A DNA stretch of 31,432 bases from Anaerolineaceae bacterium (GTDB lineage: Bacteria > Chloroflexota > Anaerolineae > Anaerolineales > Villigracilaceae), in NCBI GenBank assembly GCA_009885945.1, contig VFJR01000071.1:1-31432 (forward strand), given 5' to 3'. Position numbers and translations under genes: made by a program. Within the stretch, counting starts at the first letter, position 1. Every line of letters begins with the position of its first letter. Of the stretch, positions 1 to 7,665 are shown one piece after another. Below the pieces are notes generated by a model, which was not told the DNA's origin, did no database searches, and saw only the letters and a program-made list of their open reading frames with translations.

Positions 1-1154
1 AAAAATCCACGCGTTACCAAAGATGGGGCGCGGATGATTTTACGGTGCCGCCTGAATTGGAAAATCACCCGTTACATGATGAATTTATGCAGACGGTGAG
101 ATTATTGTTCGCTGCGTATGCTGATTCGCTGGAACCTGTCAAAAATTTAATTGTAGCGCGTAGCAAACGCAAAGAAAATGAAAGTGACGAAGCCTTTGAT
201 CGCCGCATCCGCTCGCAGTATGTGGATGTGTGCCGATTCCTTTTGCCGGGCGCGGCGCTTGCCAACGTGGGTATGACTGCCAACGCGCGCGTCTTGGAGA
301 GTATGTTCCGCAAGATGTTGTCGCATCCGCTGGGGGAGGTGAGGGAGATTGGCGCTAAGGCGAAGGAAACTGCCCGAGAAGAAGTGCCAACCCTGGTTAA
401 ATATGCAGACGCGGTTCCTTATCTAATTGAAACGGCTGAGGCATTTGGAAATCGGAAATTGGGAATTGAGAATCGTAAATCGAAAATCGAAAATCGTAAG
501 TCAACTGATTGGTGCACGTTGATTGAGTATGACAAGCACGGTGAAAAGAAAGTGTTGGCGGCGGCTTTGTATCGTTTTGGCGAGATGAGTTTTCAGCAGG
601 CTTTTGATCATGTCAAGTTGATGGGCAAAAAAGAGCGCACTCAAATTGCTGAGATGTTGTTGGCAAAATTAACCCGCTTTGATGTGCCTTTGCGTGAGTT
701 GGAATATTGCAATTACACTTTTGATATTGTGATGGATCAGGGCGCGTATGCCGAGTTTAAGCGCCATCGTATGATGTCGCAGACGCCGCAGTTGTTAAGC
801 ACGCGGCTTGGATACACCACTCCGCGCTTGATCAATGAGGCGGGCTTTGGTGAGCAATATACAGCCGCTATGAATGCCGCCGCGCAAATGTATGAAACGT
901 TATTTGCTTTCAATCCGCAGGTGGCGCAATATATTGTGCCAAACGGATATAACCGCCGTGTGCTGGCTCAATTTAATTTGCGTGAGGCGTTTGCATTTTG
1001 TCAGTTACGCAGTGCGCCTAACGCGCACTTTTCCATTCGCCGCGTGGCGCAAAGAATGTATGAGCAGATGGCAGATGTGCACCCGTTGTTAACCAAGTAC
1101 ATGAACCTGCCCGCTGAGCCGTGGGAGAGTGTGGATGAGAAATATTTTGAGTGA
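1..1154 (+). CDS. thyX: FAD-dependent thymidylate synthase ThyX-like protein with two tandem ThyX domains; 5'-truncated at window edge (frame open to position 1, ORF-track start at 45 is GTG)
   Basis: First domain shows only its C-terminal conserved block 'TANARVLESMFRKMLSHPLGEVREIG' (ThyX NARxL...R....EI motif). Second domain has 'FDIVMDQGAYAEFKRHRMMSQ' (RHR motif) and 'NRRVLAQFNLREAFAFCQLRSAPNAHFSIRRVAQ'. No in-frame stop between position 1 and 45. Ends TGA at 1152-1154. Confidence 0.6.
   Translation, partial: KSTRYQRWGADDFTVPPELENHPLHDEFMQTVRLLFAAYADSLEPVKNLIVARSKRKENESDEAFDRRIRSQYVDVCRFLLPGAALANVGMTANARVLESMFRKMLSHPLGEVREIGAKAKETAREEVPTLVKYADAVPYLIETAEAFGNRKLGIENRKSKIENRKSTDWCTLIEYDKHGEKKVLAAALYRFGEMSFQQAFDHVKLMGKKERTQIAEMLLAKLTRFDVPLRELEYCNYTFDIVMDQGAYAEFKRHRMMSQTPQLLSTRLGYTTPRLINEAGFGEQYTAAMNAAAQMYETLFAFNPQVAQYIVPNGYNRRVLAQFNLREAFAFCQLRSAPNAHFSIRRVAQRMYEQMADVHPLLTKYMNLPAEPWESVDEKYFE
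447..500 (+). repeat. Short imperfect tandem repeat (aaatcg units) inside the thyX-like CDS, encoding the low-complexity inter-domain linker NRKLGIENRKSKIENRKS
   Basis: Read directly: ggaaatcggaaattgggaattgagaatcgtaaatcgaaaatcgaaaatcgtaag. At least 4 near-identical (a)aaatcg units. The peptide repeat IENRKS appears twice. Confidence 0.6.
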
Positions 1155-1163
1155 TAAATCCCC

Positions 1164-2105
1164 TTGATGAAAAAATTAATCCTCATATTCTTATTCACCC
1201 TCAGCGCCTGCGGCGTGGATGCGCCTGCGGTATTGCCCTTTCAAAGCGGGGAGCTGATTCCGTATTTCACTTCCACGCCCAGCGCCACGCCAGACGCAAA
1301 CTTGCAAGTGGTGTATGCTGATACGCCCTTGCCAACCTCCACGCCCTCCAAATACAACATCAAGGAAAACGATACCCTCAGTCAAATTGCGGAGAGGTTA
1401 GGGATTGCGTTAGATGATTTGCTGGCGGCGAATCCCAATGTCTCACCGAATAGTTTAAGCCCAGGGCAAGAGTTGATCATCCCCGCGCCGAGAAATGCAA
1501 ATGGGGAAGGCACGCCCACGCCTGTTCCGTTTGCGGTTCAGCAAATCATTTGTCATCCCACAGCCGATAAAGGCTTATGGTGTTTTGCGCTTTTGCGAAA
1601 TGATTTTTCCGAGCCGATTGAAAATGTCACCGCGCAAGTAACGCTTCTTGATTCAAGCGGCGGCGTGATTGCGAGCCAAGAGGCTTTACTCCCGCTGAAT
1701 ATTTTACCGCCGCACGAATCCCTGCCGCTGATGGTTTTCTTTGAGCCTGCCGATGGATTAAGTTCCGCGACCCCGCGTGTGCAGGTTTTTACTGCCATTC
1801 GCTTATCCGCCAATGATCCGCGTTATTTGCCTGCTGTGATGCAAAATACGATTGTGCAAGTAGATTGGTCTGGCAAAAGCGCGCAAGTGAATGGAAGCAT
1901 AGCGTTGCCCGCCGAATCAAAAGCCGTGACCAAAGTTTGGATCGCAGCAGTTGTGTATGATGAATCGAATCGGGTAGTGGGCGCTCGTAGATGGGAATCC
2001 GCTTCAGGCGCAGCTGGAGGCGGGATTCTGCCATTCGAGTTTAATGTCTACGCCTTGGCGGGTGTCATCTCGCGCGTTGAGTTATCTGTAGAAGCGCATC
2101 CATAA
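1164..2105 (+). CDS. LysM domain-containing lipoprotein
   Basis: N-terminal lipobox 'LIFLFTLSACG'. LysM-like segment 'YNIKENDTLSQIAERLGIALDDLLAANPNVSPNSLSPGQELIIP'. Confidence 0.65.
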   Translation: MMKKLILIFLFTLSACGVDAPAVLPFQSGELIPYFTSTPSATPDANLQVVYADTPLPTSTPSKYNIKENDTLSQIAERLGIALDDLLAANPNVSPNSLSPGQELIIPAPRNANGEGTPTPVPFAVQQIICHPTADKGLWCFALLRNDFSEPIENVTAQVTLLDSSGGVIASQEALLPLNILPPHESLPLMVFFEPADGLSSATPRVQVFTAIRLSANDPRYLPAVMQNTIVQVDWSGKSAQVNGSIALPAESKAVTKVWIAAVVYDESNRVVGARRWESASGAAGGGILPFEFNVYALAGVISRVELSVEAHP

Positions 2106-2109
2106 TAAA

Positions 2110-2151
2110 CCTCCCCCAAATGCGGCGAACTTCAGCCGTATTTGGGGGAGG
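2110..2151. terminator. Strong hairpin between convergent genes (12-bp perfect stem CCTCCCCCAAAT / ATTTGGGGGAGG, 18-nt loop); on the minus strand it is followed by TTTATTAT, so it acts chiefly as the SBP-operon terminator, possibly bidirectional
   Basis: Inverted repeat read directly. It lies between the stop of the + gene (2105) and the stop of the - gene (2173). A second small hairpin GCCCgaaGGGC follows at about 2152-2162. Confidence 0.5.
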
Positions 2152-2172
2152 TGCCCGAAGGGCGGTGGGGGC

Positions 2173-3795
2173 TTATTTCCCTTCCAGCCACATATATCTT
2201 TCGATTGGTATTGCAATGGGCGTTTTCACATACCCTTTTACATATGGCTTGACCAATTCATATCCTAGCGCGTGTGTGCTGAACATCAGCGGTGCATCAT
2301 TTACAATAATTCTTTGCGCTTCTTGATACATTTCCATGCGCTTGGTCACATCTTTTTCTACACGCGCCGCTTCAAGGAGCGCATCCAACTCTGGGTTGGA
2401 ATATTGACCCAGGTTTTGCTGTGCGCCGCTGTGCAAGAGCACATCTGCAAAGTTTTCAGGATCGGGGTAATCGGCGCACCAGCCGCCATCAAATAACTGT
2501 CCGTGATTGCCAGAATAAATCTGATCAAAGTAATGATCGAATTCAATATTTTCTACGGTGATGGTTACGCCAAGGTTTAACTGCCACATTTGCGCCAAGG
2601 CTGAGATATCAGGTCCAATGTAACTGCCAACGCCTGCAGTGGTGAAAAAGATTTTAGGTAAACCTTCAGCGCCGCCGTATTTTGATTCGGCTAGTAGTTG
2701 TTTTGCGCGCGCGGGATCATAAGGCAATCCTTCGAGATCATAGGTAAAGCCAGGCAAGCCGGGCGGGTATAGCCCGTTGGCAGGCAGGGCTTGTCCATTT
2801 AATACAACATCAATATATTGTTCGCGGTTAAAAGCCATGGTAAAAGCCTGGCGGACTTTCACGTCATCAAAAGGCGGCTGGGTGGTATCAAAGACAACAT
2901 AGTTGGTACACAACCCAACGCCGCCGACCAATTCAGCGTGCATGGGTTCTTCAGGGCTAAGGAAGCGATCGGCATCATAAATGCCAACGCCCGCCATATC
3001 CACATCACCTGTTTCATATAGCTGTACATCTCCACCCGCGTATAAATTCACAACTACAAACGGAATGGATGGCGCGCCTAAGTAAAAATCTTCATTGCGC
3101 TCGTACACAATGCGCTCAGCTTTTTTCCATTCGGTTAAGCGAAAGGGTCCTGTGCCGTTGGGAGTTCTGTACCAATTTGTCCCTTCGTTTATATTTTGCT
3201 CGTCTAATACAAATGCAGTTGCGTACGTAAGTTTGAGTAAAAAATATGGTTTGGATGCATCAATAGTCACTTGCAGTGTGAGATCATCAATTGCCTGCAA
3301 GCCAGAAATGGTGCTGGCTTTGCCAGAAAACTTTTCTTTCACACCAACAATGTCGCCAAGGTATGTGATGACCGTATCCGACTGCAAATCAGGGCTGGCG
3401 GCGCGTTCCCATGAATAGATTACATCCTGGGCGGTCACCGCGCGTCCATCATGAAATCTTGCGTTTTCACGCAAATGAAATGTATAAACTGTGCCGTCTG
3501 CGCTTAAGTCCCATGTTTCTGCAATATCAGGAGTTAAGTTTAAATTAGGATCCAGAGAAACCAGCCCGCTGAATACAAGCTTATCGCCTGAACTATGAGT
3601 GGTGGCTGGGTCATATTCACGAGGATTAGATGACTCGCCTCCGCTCAAGACCAAAGCCTGATTCAGCGGAATTTGCATTCCATTCACCTGAATGTGATTC
3701 TTATCCAACGCTGAGGCGTTATCTGCTGCGCTGGCGCCCAATGTTGCCACCATCAAAGCGAGAATGAATAATGAGATGTTGCGAATGTTTTTCAT
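2173..3795 (-). CDS. ABC transporter substrate-binding protein, family 5 (peptide/nickel/opine type, OppA/DppA-like), secreted
   Basis: Signal peptide 'MKNIRNISLFILALMVATLGASAA'. Typical SBP_bac_5 blocks 'FSGLVSLDPNLNLTPDIAETWDLSADGTVYTFHLRENARFHDGRAVTAQDVIYSWERA'. No cognate permease or ATPase genes adjacent. Confidence 0.85.
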   Translation of the reverse strand: MKNIRNISLFILALMVATLGASAADNASALDKNHIQVNGMQIPLNQALVLSGGESSNPREYDPATTHSSGDKLVFSGLVSLDPNLNLTPDIAETWDLSADGTVYTFHLRENARFHDGRAVTAQDVIYSWERAASPDLQSDTVITYLGDIVGVKEKFSGKASTISGLQAIDDLTLQVTIDASKPYFLLKLTYATAFVLDEQNINEGTNWYRTPNGTGPFRLTEWKKAERIVYERNEDFYLGAPSIPFVVVNLYAGGDVQLYETGDVDMAGVGIYDADRFLSPEEPMHAELVGGVGLCTNYVVFDTTQPPFDDVKVRQAFTMAFNREQYIDVVLNGQALPANGLYPPGLPGFTYDLEGLPYDPARAKQLLAESKYGGAEGLPKIFFTTAGVGSYIGPDISALAQMWQLNLGVTITVENIEFDHYFDQIYSGNHGQLFDGGWCADYPDPENFADVLLHSGAQQNLGQYSNPELDALLEAARVEKDVTKRMEMYQEAQRIIVNDAPLMFSTHALGYELVKPYVKGYVKTPIAIPIERYMWLEGK

Positions 3796-3797
3796 AA

Positions 3798-5180
3798 TTA
3801 TTTAGCCTTTTTATTTTGGGCGCGTACCATAAAACCCAAAATGACAATACCAATGATCAGTAAAAATATACAGCAGAAGCCAATTGTCAGCAGGACAAAT
3901 GAGGTGGATGGTCCTGCGCTTGGCAGCACATCTGAATCTGTGCCATTGGTGGATGAAGTAGGAACTGCAAATGGAGTGGGGGTCACTGCCAGAGGCGCAC
4001 CAGAAACGGGCACGATGGTGGGTACGTGGGTTGGAGCGGCAAGTGCGGTTGGTTGAGCAGAAACAGCTCTCGGCGCAGCCCCGACCGATTCTCTCCATTT
4101 ATCATCAAGCTTATCCACGTCAAATCCGTAAATAGATTTAAGCCCATCGTCAATAGTGCTGCCATCACGCAGGGAAATGAGCAAGCTATTCATTTTTTCC
4201 TGCCCATAAGTTTCTATAAGGTAGGCAACCACACTGTAAGATTGGCTGTAAGAAAGCAAAGCCTGATCGCGTACTTCTGCAAAACGCCCATTTAAAGTGC
4301 GTAACGGCAAGACAGTATCAGTATTGATTGCGTCGTCTAATATACTCTTAAATTCAGGGTCAAGCGCACCTTCTGAATAGACCGCCAGACCCTCATTGAG
4401 CCACTGAGGCACAAAACTTAAACAAGAGAAAGTTAGATTGCCAATCAAAACGTGGGTAAGTTCGTGAATGACTGTGCTTTGATTCCAATTGCTGTTTGAT
4501 TCAGAAAGCCCCATGATGACGATGTTATTTTCAGGGAAGGCTTGCCCGCCGACCCAGCCAGATTCATAAAGGATGGCTTCACGCAAGTCATCGTAATTTG
4601 GGTAAACATAGATATTGATGGGACTGACGGGTTTTAATCCCGCGCTTTTAAAATTACGTTCTAGGCTCATGTTTGCGGCATCGATCATGCTTTGCGCAAA
4701 AGCTGAATCATTGTCATACCAATGGACGTTGATCAACCCCTCCGTTTTGGTCTGCCAATTATGTTCATCGTCTAGCCAAATGATGGTCTGTTCTTTTGTT
4801 ATATATTCTTTACCGTTCGCATCGCTATAATGCCAACGCCACCAAATCGTGGTGCCGGGCGGCAGGGAACCGCTTTGACGCATATCCCAAGTCCATTCGA
4901 CATTCACTGTCTCTGATGGTGTGAATTGGGGATATGCTTTTGCAATTACATCTCCGCACGTTAATTGCTCGGTGCCATATTCCAGCACAATCGATGAGAT
5001 TACAGCAGACTCTTGTATATTTGCGCTGAATGTTATGGTATTAGGGAATGCCAATTGAGGCGTATCGTTCTCTACTTCACCAAGTATGGGCGAAGCAGAA
5101 GCGGGGGAGGTGGATAATGCCAGCCCTGTGATAAGACCAACAGCGATGATCAATCCGATGTATTTTTGTAATTTCTGCAT
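3798..5180 (-). CDS. Secreted/membrane-anchored zinc metallopeptidase (HExxH...E gluzincin, peptidase_MA-like) with C-terminal Pro/Thr/Ala-rich linker and TM anchor
   Basis: 'VIHELTHVLIGN' (HExxH) followed by 'WLNEGLAVYSEG' (third ligand Glu). Signal peptide 'MQKLQKYIGLIIAVGLITGLALSTSPASA'. C-terminal TM 'FVLLTIGFCCIFLLIIGIVILGFMV'. Start chosen at the internal ATG (5180) because the reverse complement shows GGAGAAAAACAATG (good SD); the ORF-track start at 5222 is probably too long. A 2-nt gap to the downstream SBP gene suggests an operon. Confidence 0.6.
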   Translation of the reverse strand: MQKLQKYIGLIIAVGLITGLALSTSPASASPILGEVENDTPQLAFPNTITFSANIQESAVISSIVLEYGTEQLTCGDVIAKAYPQFTPSETVNVEWTWDMRQSGSLPPGTTIWWRWHYSDANGKEYITKEQTIIWLDDEHNWQTKTEGLINVHWYDNDSAFAQSMIDAANMSLERNFKSAGLKPVSPINIYVYPNYDDLREAILYESGWVGGQAFPENNIVIMGLSESNSNWNQSTVIHELTHVLIGNLTFSCLSFVPQWLNEGLAVYSEGALDPEFKSILDDAINTDTVLPLRTLNGRFAEVRDQALLSYSQSYSVVAYLIETYGQEKMNSLLISLRDGSTIDDGLKSIYGFDVDKLDDKWRESVGAAPRAVSAQPTALAAPTHVPTIVPVSGAPLAVTPTPFAVPTSSTNGTDSDVLPSAGPSTSFVLLTIGFCCIFLLIIGIVILGFMVRAQNKKAK

Positions 5181-5241
5181 TGTTTTTCTCCTGTAAAAAC
5201 GACTATCCCTAAAATATATCATAATTGCAAATTATCTTTAA

Positions 5242-5270
5242 TTGACGCCCGCCCTTCTTACATGTATAAT
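5242..5270 (+). promoter_or_regulatory. Near-consensus sigma70-type promoter: TTGACG - 17 nt - TATAAT, about 45 nt upstream of the DUF4388 gene
   Basis: Read directly: TTGACG (5242-5247), 17-nt spacer, TATAAT (5265-5270), with TG immediately upstream of the -10. Sits in the AT-rich divergent intergenic region 5181-5316. Confidence 0.45.
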
Positions 5271-5316
5271 CTCTAAAATATCCATAATTTCGACCTGAAG
5301 GATTCAGAGGCAACCT

Positions 5317-6123
5317 ATGGCCCTTCGTGGCAACTTAAGAGATTTTACAATTACCCAATTGCTTAACTTGATCAATTTGGCTGGTAAAACAGGCACATTG
5401 ATTTTAGAAGGTCCCGCTGAGCAGGCGCATGTTTCTTTTCGCGAGGGCAAATTAGCATATGCGCGTATTGGTCAGGACGATGGCAGTTTGGCAAGTATTT
5501 TACATAAAGCCAACAAGTTGAATGCAAATCAATACCGCGCCATCGCAGACCGAGCTGGTCAAATGACTGATAAGGAACTTGGTCTCTTGTTAATTAATGC
5601 GGGCTATGTTTCACAAGATGATATTCTTCTCAATCTACAATCCCATTTTTCAGATGTAATTAGACGTTTATTTACCTGGGTTGAGGGTTTTTTCCGTTTT
5701 GAAGCAGAGATCATGCCTCCTGAAGATCGCATCAATGTGCGGCTGGATCTCGAAAATATTATTATTGAAGGCTCTCGTGAATTGCGTGAGCTTGAACAAC
5801 TTAAAGATGAAATTCCCAGCCTGGATATGGCATTGAAATTCACAGACCGCCCGATGAAGCACGTCAATTTGAGCGTAGAAGAGTGGCGCGTTGTTTCATT
5901 TATAAACCCAAAGAACACAATGAAGCAGATTGCGCAGACTAATAAAATGTCTGAATTGGAAGTTCGGCGCATTGTCTACGGTCTTTTGCAAGCTGGTTTG
6001 GTTGAGATGGTAAGGCCTGAAGGGGTAGTGGTTCAACAAAATCCCAAGACCTATCCAACTCAGGATAAAGAAGAACAAAAAACGCTGATCAATAAGTTGA
6101 TCGGGCGCATTCGCACCATGTAA
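5317..6123 (+). CDS. DUF4388-type protein (N-terminal DUF4388/PATAN-like domain plus C-terminal wHTH-like domain), probable partner/regulator of the downstream GTPase
   Basis: N-terminus 'LRGNLRDFTITQLLNLINLAGKTGTLIL' is the characteristic DUF4388 opening. C-terminal 'NLSVEEWRVVSFINPKNTMKQIAQTNKMSELEVRRIVYGLLQAGLVEMV' resembles the family's second domain. SD AGAGG 7 nt upstream. Family assignment is from memory, not a search. Confidence 0.5.
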   Translation: MALRGNLRDFTITQLLNLINLAGKTGTLILEGPAEQAHVSFREGKLAYARIGQDDGSLASILHKANKLNANQYRAIADRAGQMTDKELGLLLINAGYVSQDDILLNLQSHFSDVIRRLFTWVEGFFRFEAEIMPPEDRINVRLDLENIIIEGSRELRELEQLKDEIPSLDMALKFTDRPMKHVNLSVEEWRVVSFINPKNTMKQIAQTNKMSELEVRRIVYGLLQAGLVEMVRPEGVVVQQNPKTYPTQDKEEQKTLINKLIGRIRTM

Positions 6124-6147
6124 ATTTTTTGGAAGGAATAATTTATT

Positions 6148-6687
6148 ATGCAAACAGTAAAAATGGTGGTAACAGGTCCGTTCAGTGCCGGCAAGACTCA
6201 ATTTATTCAGTCTGTCAGTGAAATTGATGTAGTTGCAACAGAGCGTAAAATTTCATCCGAAGAAGAACGTGCAGTTAAGTCGGCGACCACTGTCGCAATG
6301 GACTTTGGGCGTATCACAGTGGATGAAGATCTTGTTCTTTATTTATTTGGTACTCCTGGGCAAAAAAGATTTGATTTTATGTGGGAAATTCTTTCTGAGG
6401 GCATGTTAGGGTTTATTGTGATGGTTGATAGTACCCGCCCTGAGACTTTCCGCGAAGCCCGTTCAATTTTAGAGACTTTCCGCGCATATGCTCCCACTCC
6501 TTTTGTGGTTGCCGCTAATAAGCAGGATATGCCAGAAGCTTGGGATATGGAAGATATTCGCCATGCTTTACGGCTTGATGCTGAAACAAAGCTGTTACCC
6601 TGCGTAGCAACCAATCGTGATACCGTCAAGACAGTTCTTTTGGAACTGCTTTTCAGCATCATGCAGGAAATGGAGTCCGGAAAATAG
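6148..6687 (+). CDS. Small Ras-like GTPase of the MglA/CvnD ('conservon' ATP/GTP-binding protein, COG2229) family
   Basis: P-loop 'GPFSAGKT'. 'TTVAMDFGRITVDEDLVLYLFGTPGQKRFDFMWEILSEGMLGFIVMVDSTR' closely matches the CvnD/MglA signature (TTVAMDFGR ... LYLFGTPGQ.RF.FMW). NKxD motif 'AANKQD'. SD GGAAGGAA upstream. Confidence 0.75.
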   Translation: MQTVKMVVTGPFSAGKTQFIQSVSEIDVVATERKISSEEERAVKSATTVAMDFGRITVDEDLVLYLFGTPGQKRFDFMWEILSEGMLGFIVMVDSTRPETFREARSILETFRAYAPTPFVVAANKQDMPEAWDMEDIRHALRLDAETKLLPCVATNRDTVKTVLLELLFSIMQEMESGK

Positions 6688-6709
6688 GCTATCCGGTGAA
6701 ACAGTTTTC

Positions 6710-7507
6710 GTGTCATCAATTACAACAGATCAGGGAATAGTTCATTATGAGGTATACGGGCGCGGGCGTCCCGTAATTCTTTTGCATGGTTGGCTTGGGT
6801 CGTGGGGGTTATGGCAGGAGACGATGGCATATTTGGGTGCTTTTTACCGCACATACGCCATGGATTTTTGTGGGTTTGGTGAATCTGGAAAGAAACGTGA
6901 AACCTATGCAGTACAGGATTTTGTCGGCTTAGTTAACCAATTCATGGAGCAATTGGGTATTGTGCATGCGCCATTGGTGGGGCATAGCATGGGTGGCACT
7001 GTTAGTTTGTCGGTGGCAATAAAACATCCCGAGCGGGTTAGCAAAGTTGTGGTGGTTGGATCGCCCATTGTTGGTTCGTCGCTTGCGCCATTGTTGAAGG
7101 TCTCAGGGTATCGGCCAGTTGCTTTTTTACTCTTTAATATGATGGGACCCTTTCGCGCCTTTATGAAATATTATTATTCACGCGCTATTTGCAGTGACCC
7201 TCGTTTTCCTGCAATGATGGACCGCGACCTTTCTCGTACGACAGTTGAATCGTTTCTGCTCTCTATTTCTTCACTTCGCCGTACCGATTTGCGCCCAATG
7301 TTGGATCAAATAAAAGTTCCTGCGCTCGGAATGTATGGTCATAAAGATAAAATTGTGCACCCGTTGCAATGGCAGCCTATGCAACAGGGAATTGTTGGGT
7401 CTAGAATTGAGCATTTCCCAAATGCTGGTCATTTTCCTATGCTGGAAGAACCTGCTGAATTTAGCAAAAGATTAAAAGCGTTTTTAGACGAGCCATTGCC
7501 AGCATAA
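6710..7507 (+). CDS. Alpha/beta-fold hydrolase with an intact catalytic triad (paralog of 18804..19592)
   Basis: Oxyanion 'LLHGW', nucleophile elbow 'GHSMGG' (Ser codon 6986-6988), acid 'GHKDKIVHP', His 'NAGHFPMLEEP'. Start set at in-frame GTG 6710 (VSSITTDQGIVHYEV...) by analogy to the paralog's N-terminus 'MSAILIDGSIVHYEA'. The ORF-track start at 6617 overlaps the GTPase gene and is unlikely. Confidence 0.65.
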   Translation: MSSITTDQGIVHYEVYGRGRPVILLHGWLGSWGLWQETMAYLGAFYRTYAMDFCGFGESGKKRETYAVQDFVGLVNQFMEQLGIVHAPLVGHSMGGTVSLSVAIKHPERVSKVVVVGSPIVGSSLAPLLKVSGYRPVAFLLFNMMGPFRAFMKYYYSRAICSDPRFPAMMDRDLSRTTVESFLLSISSLRRTDLRPMLDQIKVPALGMYGHKDKIVHPLQWQPMQQGIVGSRIEHFPNAGHFPMLEEPAEFSKRLKAFLDEPLPA

Positions 7508-7539
7508 TAGGGTACTGTACCTCGTATATAAGCACTCAA

Positions 7540-7572
7540 CGCGATGGATAAGAGAATATCCTCGCGTTTTTC
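7540..7572 (+). terminator. Rho-independent terminator after the hydrolase gene: CGCGA(T)GGATA-agagaa-TATCCTCGCG followed by TTTTT
   Basis: Inverted repeat plus T-tract read directly, about 30 nt after the 7507 stop. Confidence 0.55.
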
Positions 7573-7665
7573 ATCTAAATACCACTACAATTCTTTTGTA
7601 AGACCTGTAAACTCACCAAGCAGAAACCGTATTTAATCCTTGCAATCATTTATAATTGAAACAAT

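Noticed and set aside
65-313. 82-aa minus-strand ORF antisense to the thyX-like gene (also 874..1092 +, 1001..1198 -)
   Set aside because: Fully embedded in or antisense to a well-supported CDS. No RBS and no recognisable domain. Typical spurious ORFs.
6617-6709. ORF-track N-terminal extension of the first alpha/beta hydrolase (MIPSRQFFWNCF...)
   Set aside because: Overlaps the GTPase gene's 3' end by 70 nt and has no similarity to the paralog's N-terminus. The in-frame GTG at 6710 reproduces the paralog's start (xSxIxxDGxIVHYE), so the extension is probably not translated.
7600-7665. Sigma70-like promoter for the big operon (TTGCAA ... TATAAT)
   Set aside because: TTGCAA is only 5 nt from the TATAAT box (bad spacing) and no alternative -35 with 16-18 nt spacing is convincing. 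Reported only as a possible leaderless arrangement, not as a promoter feature.
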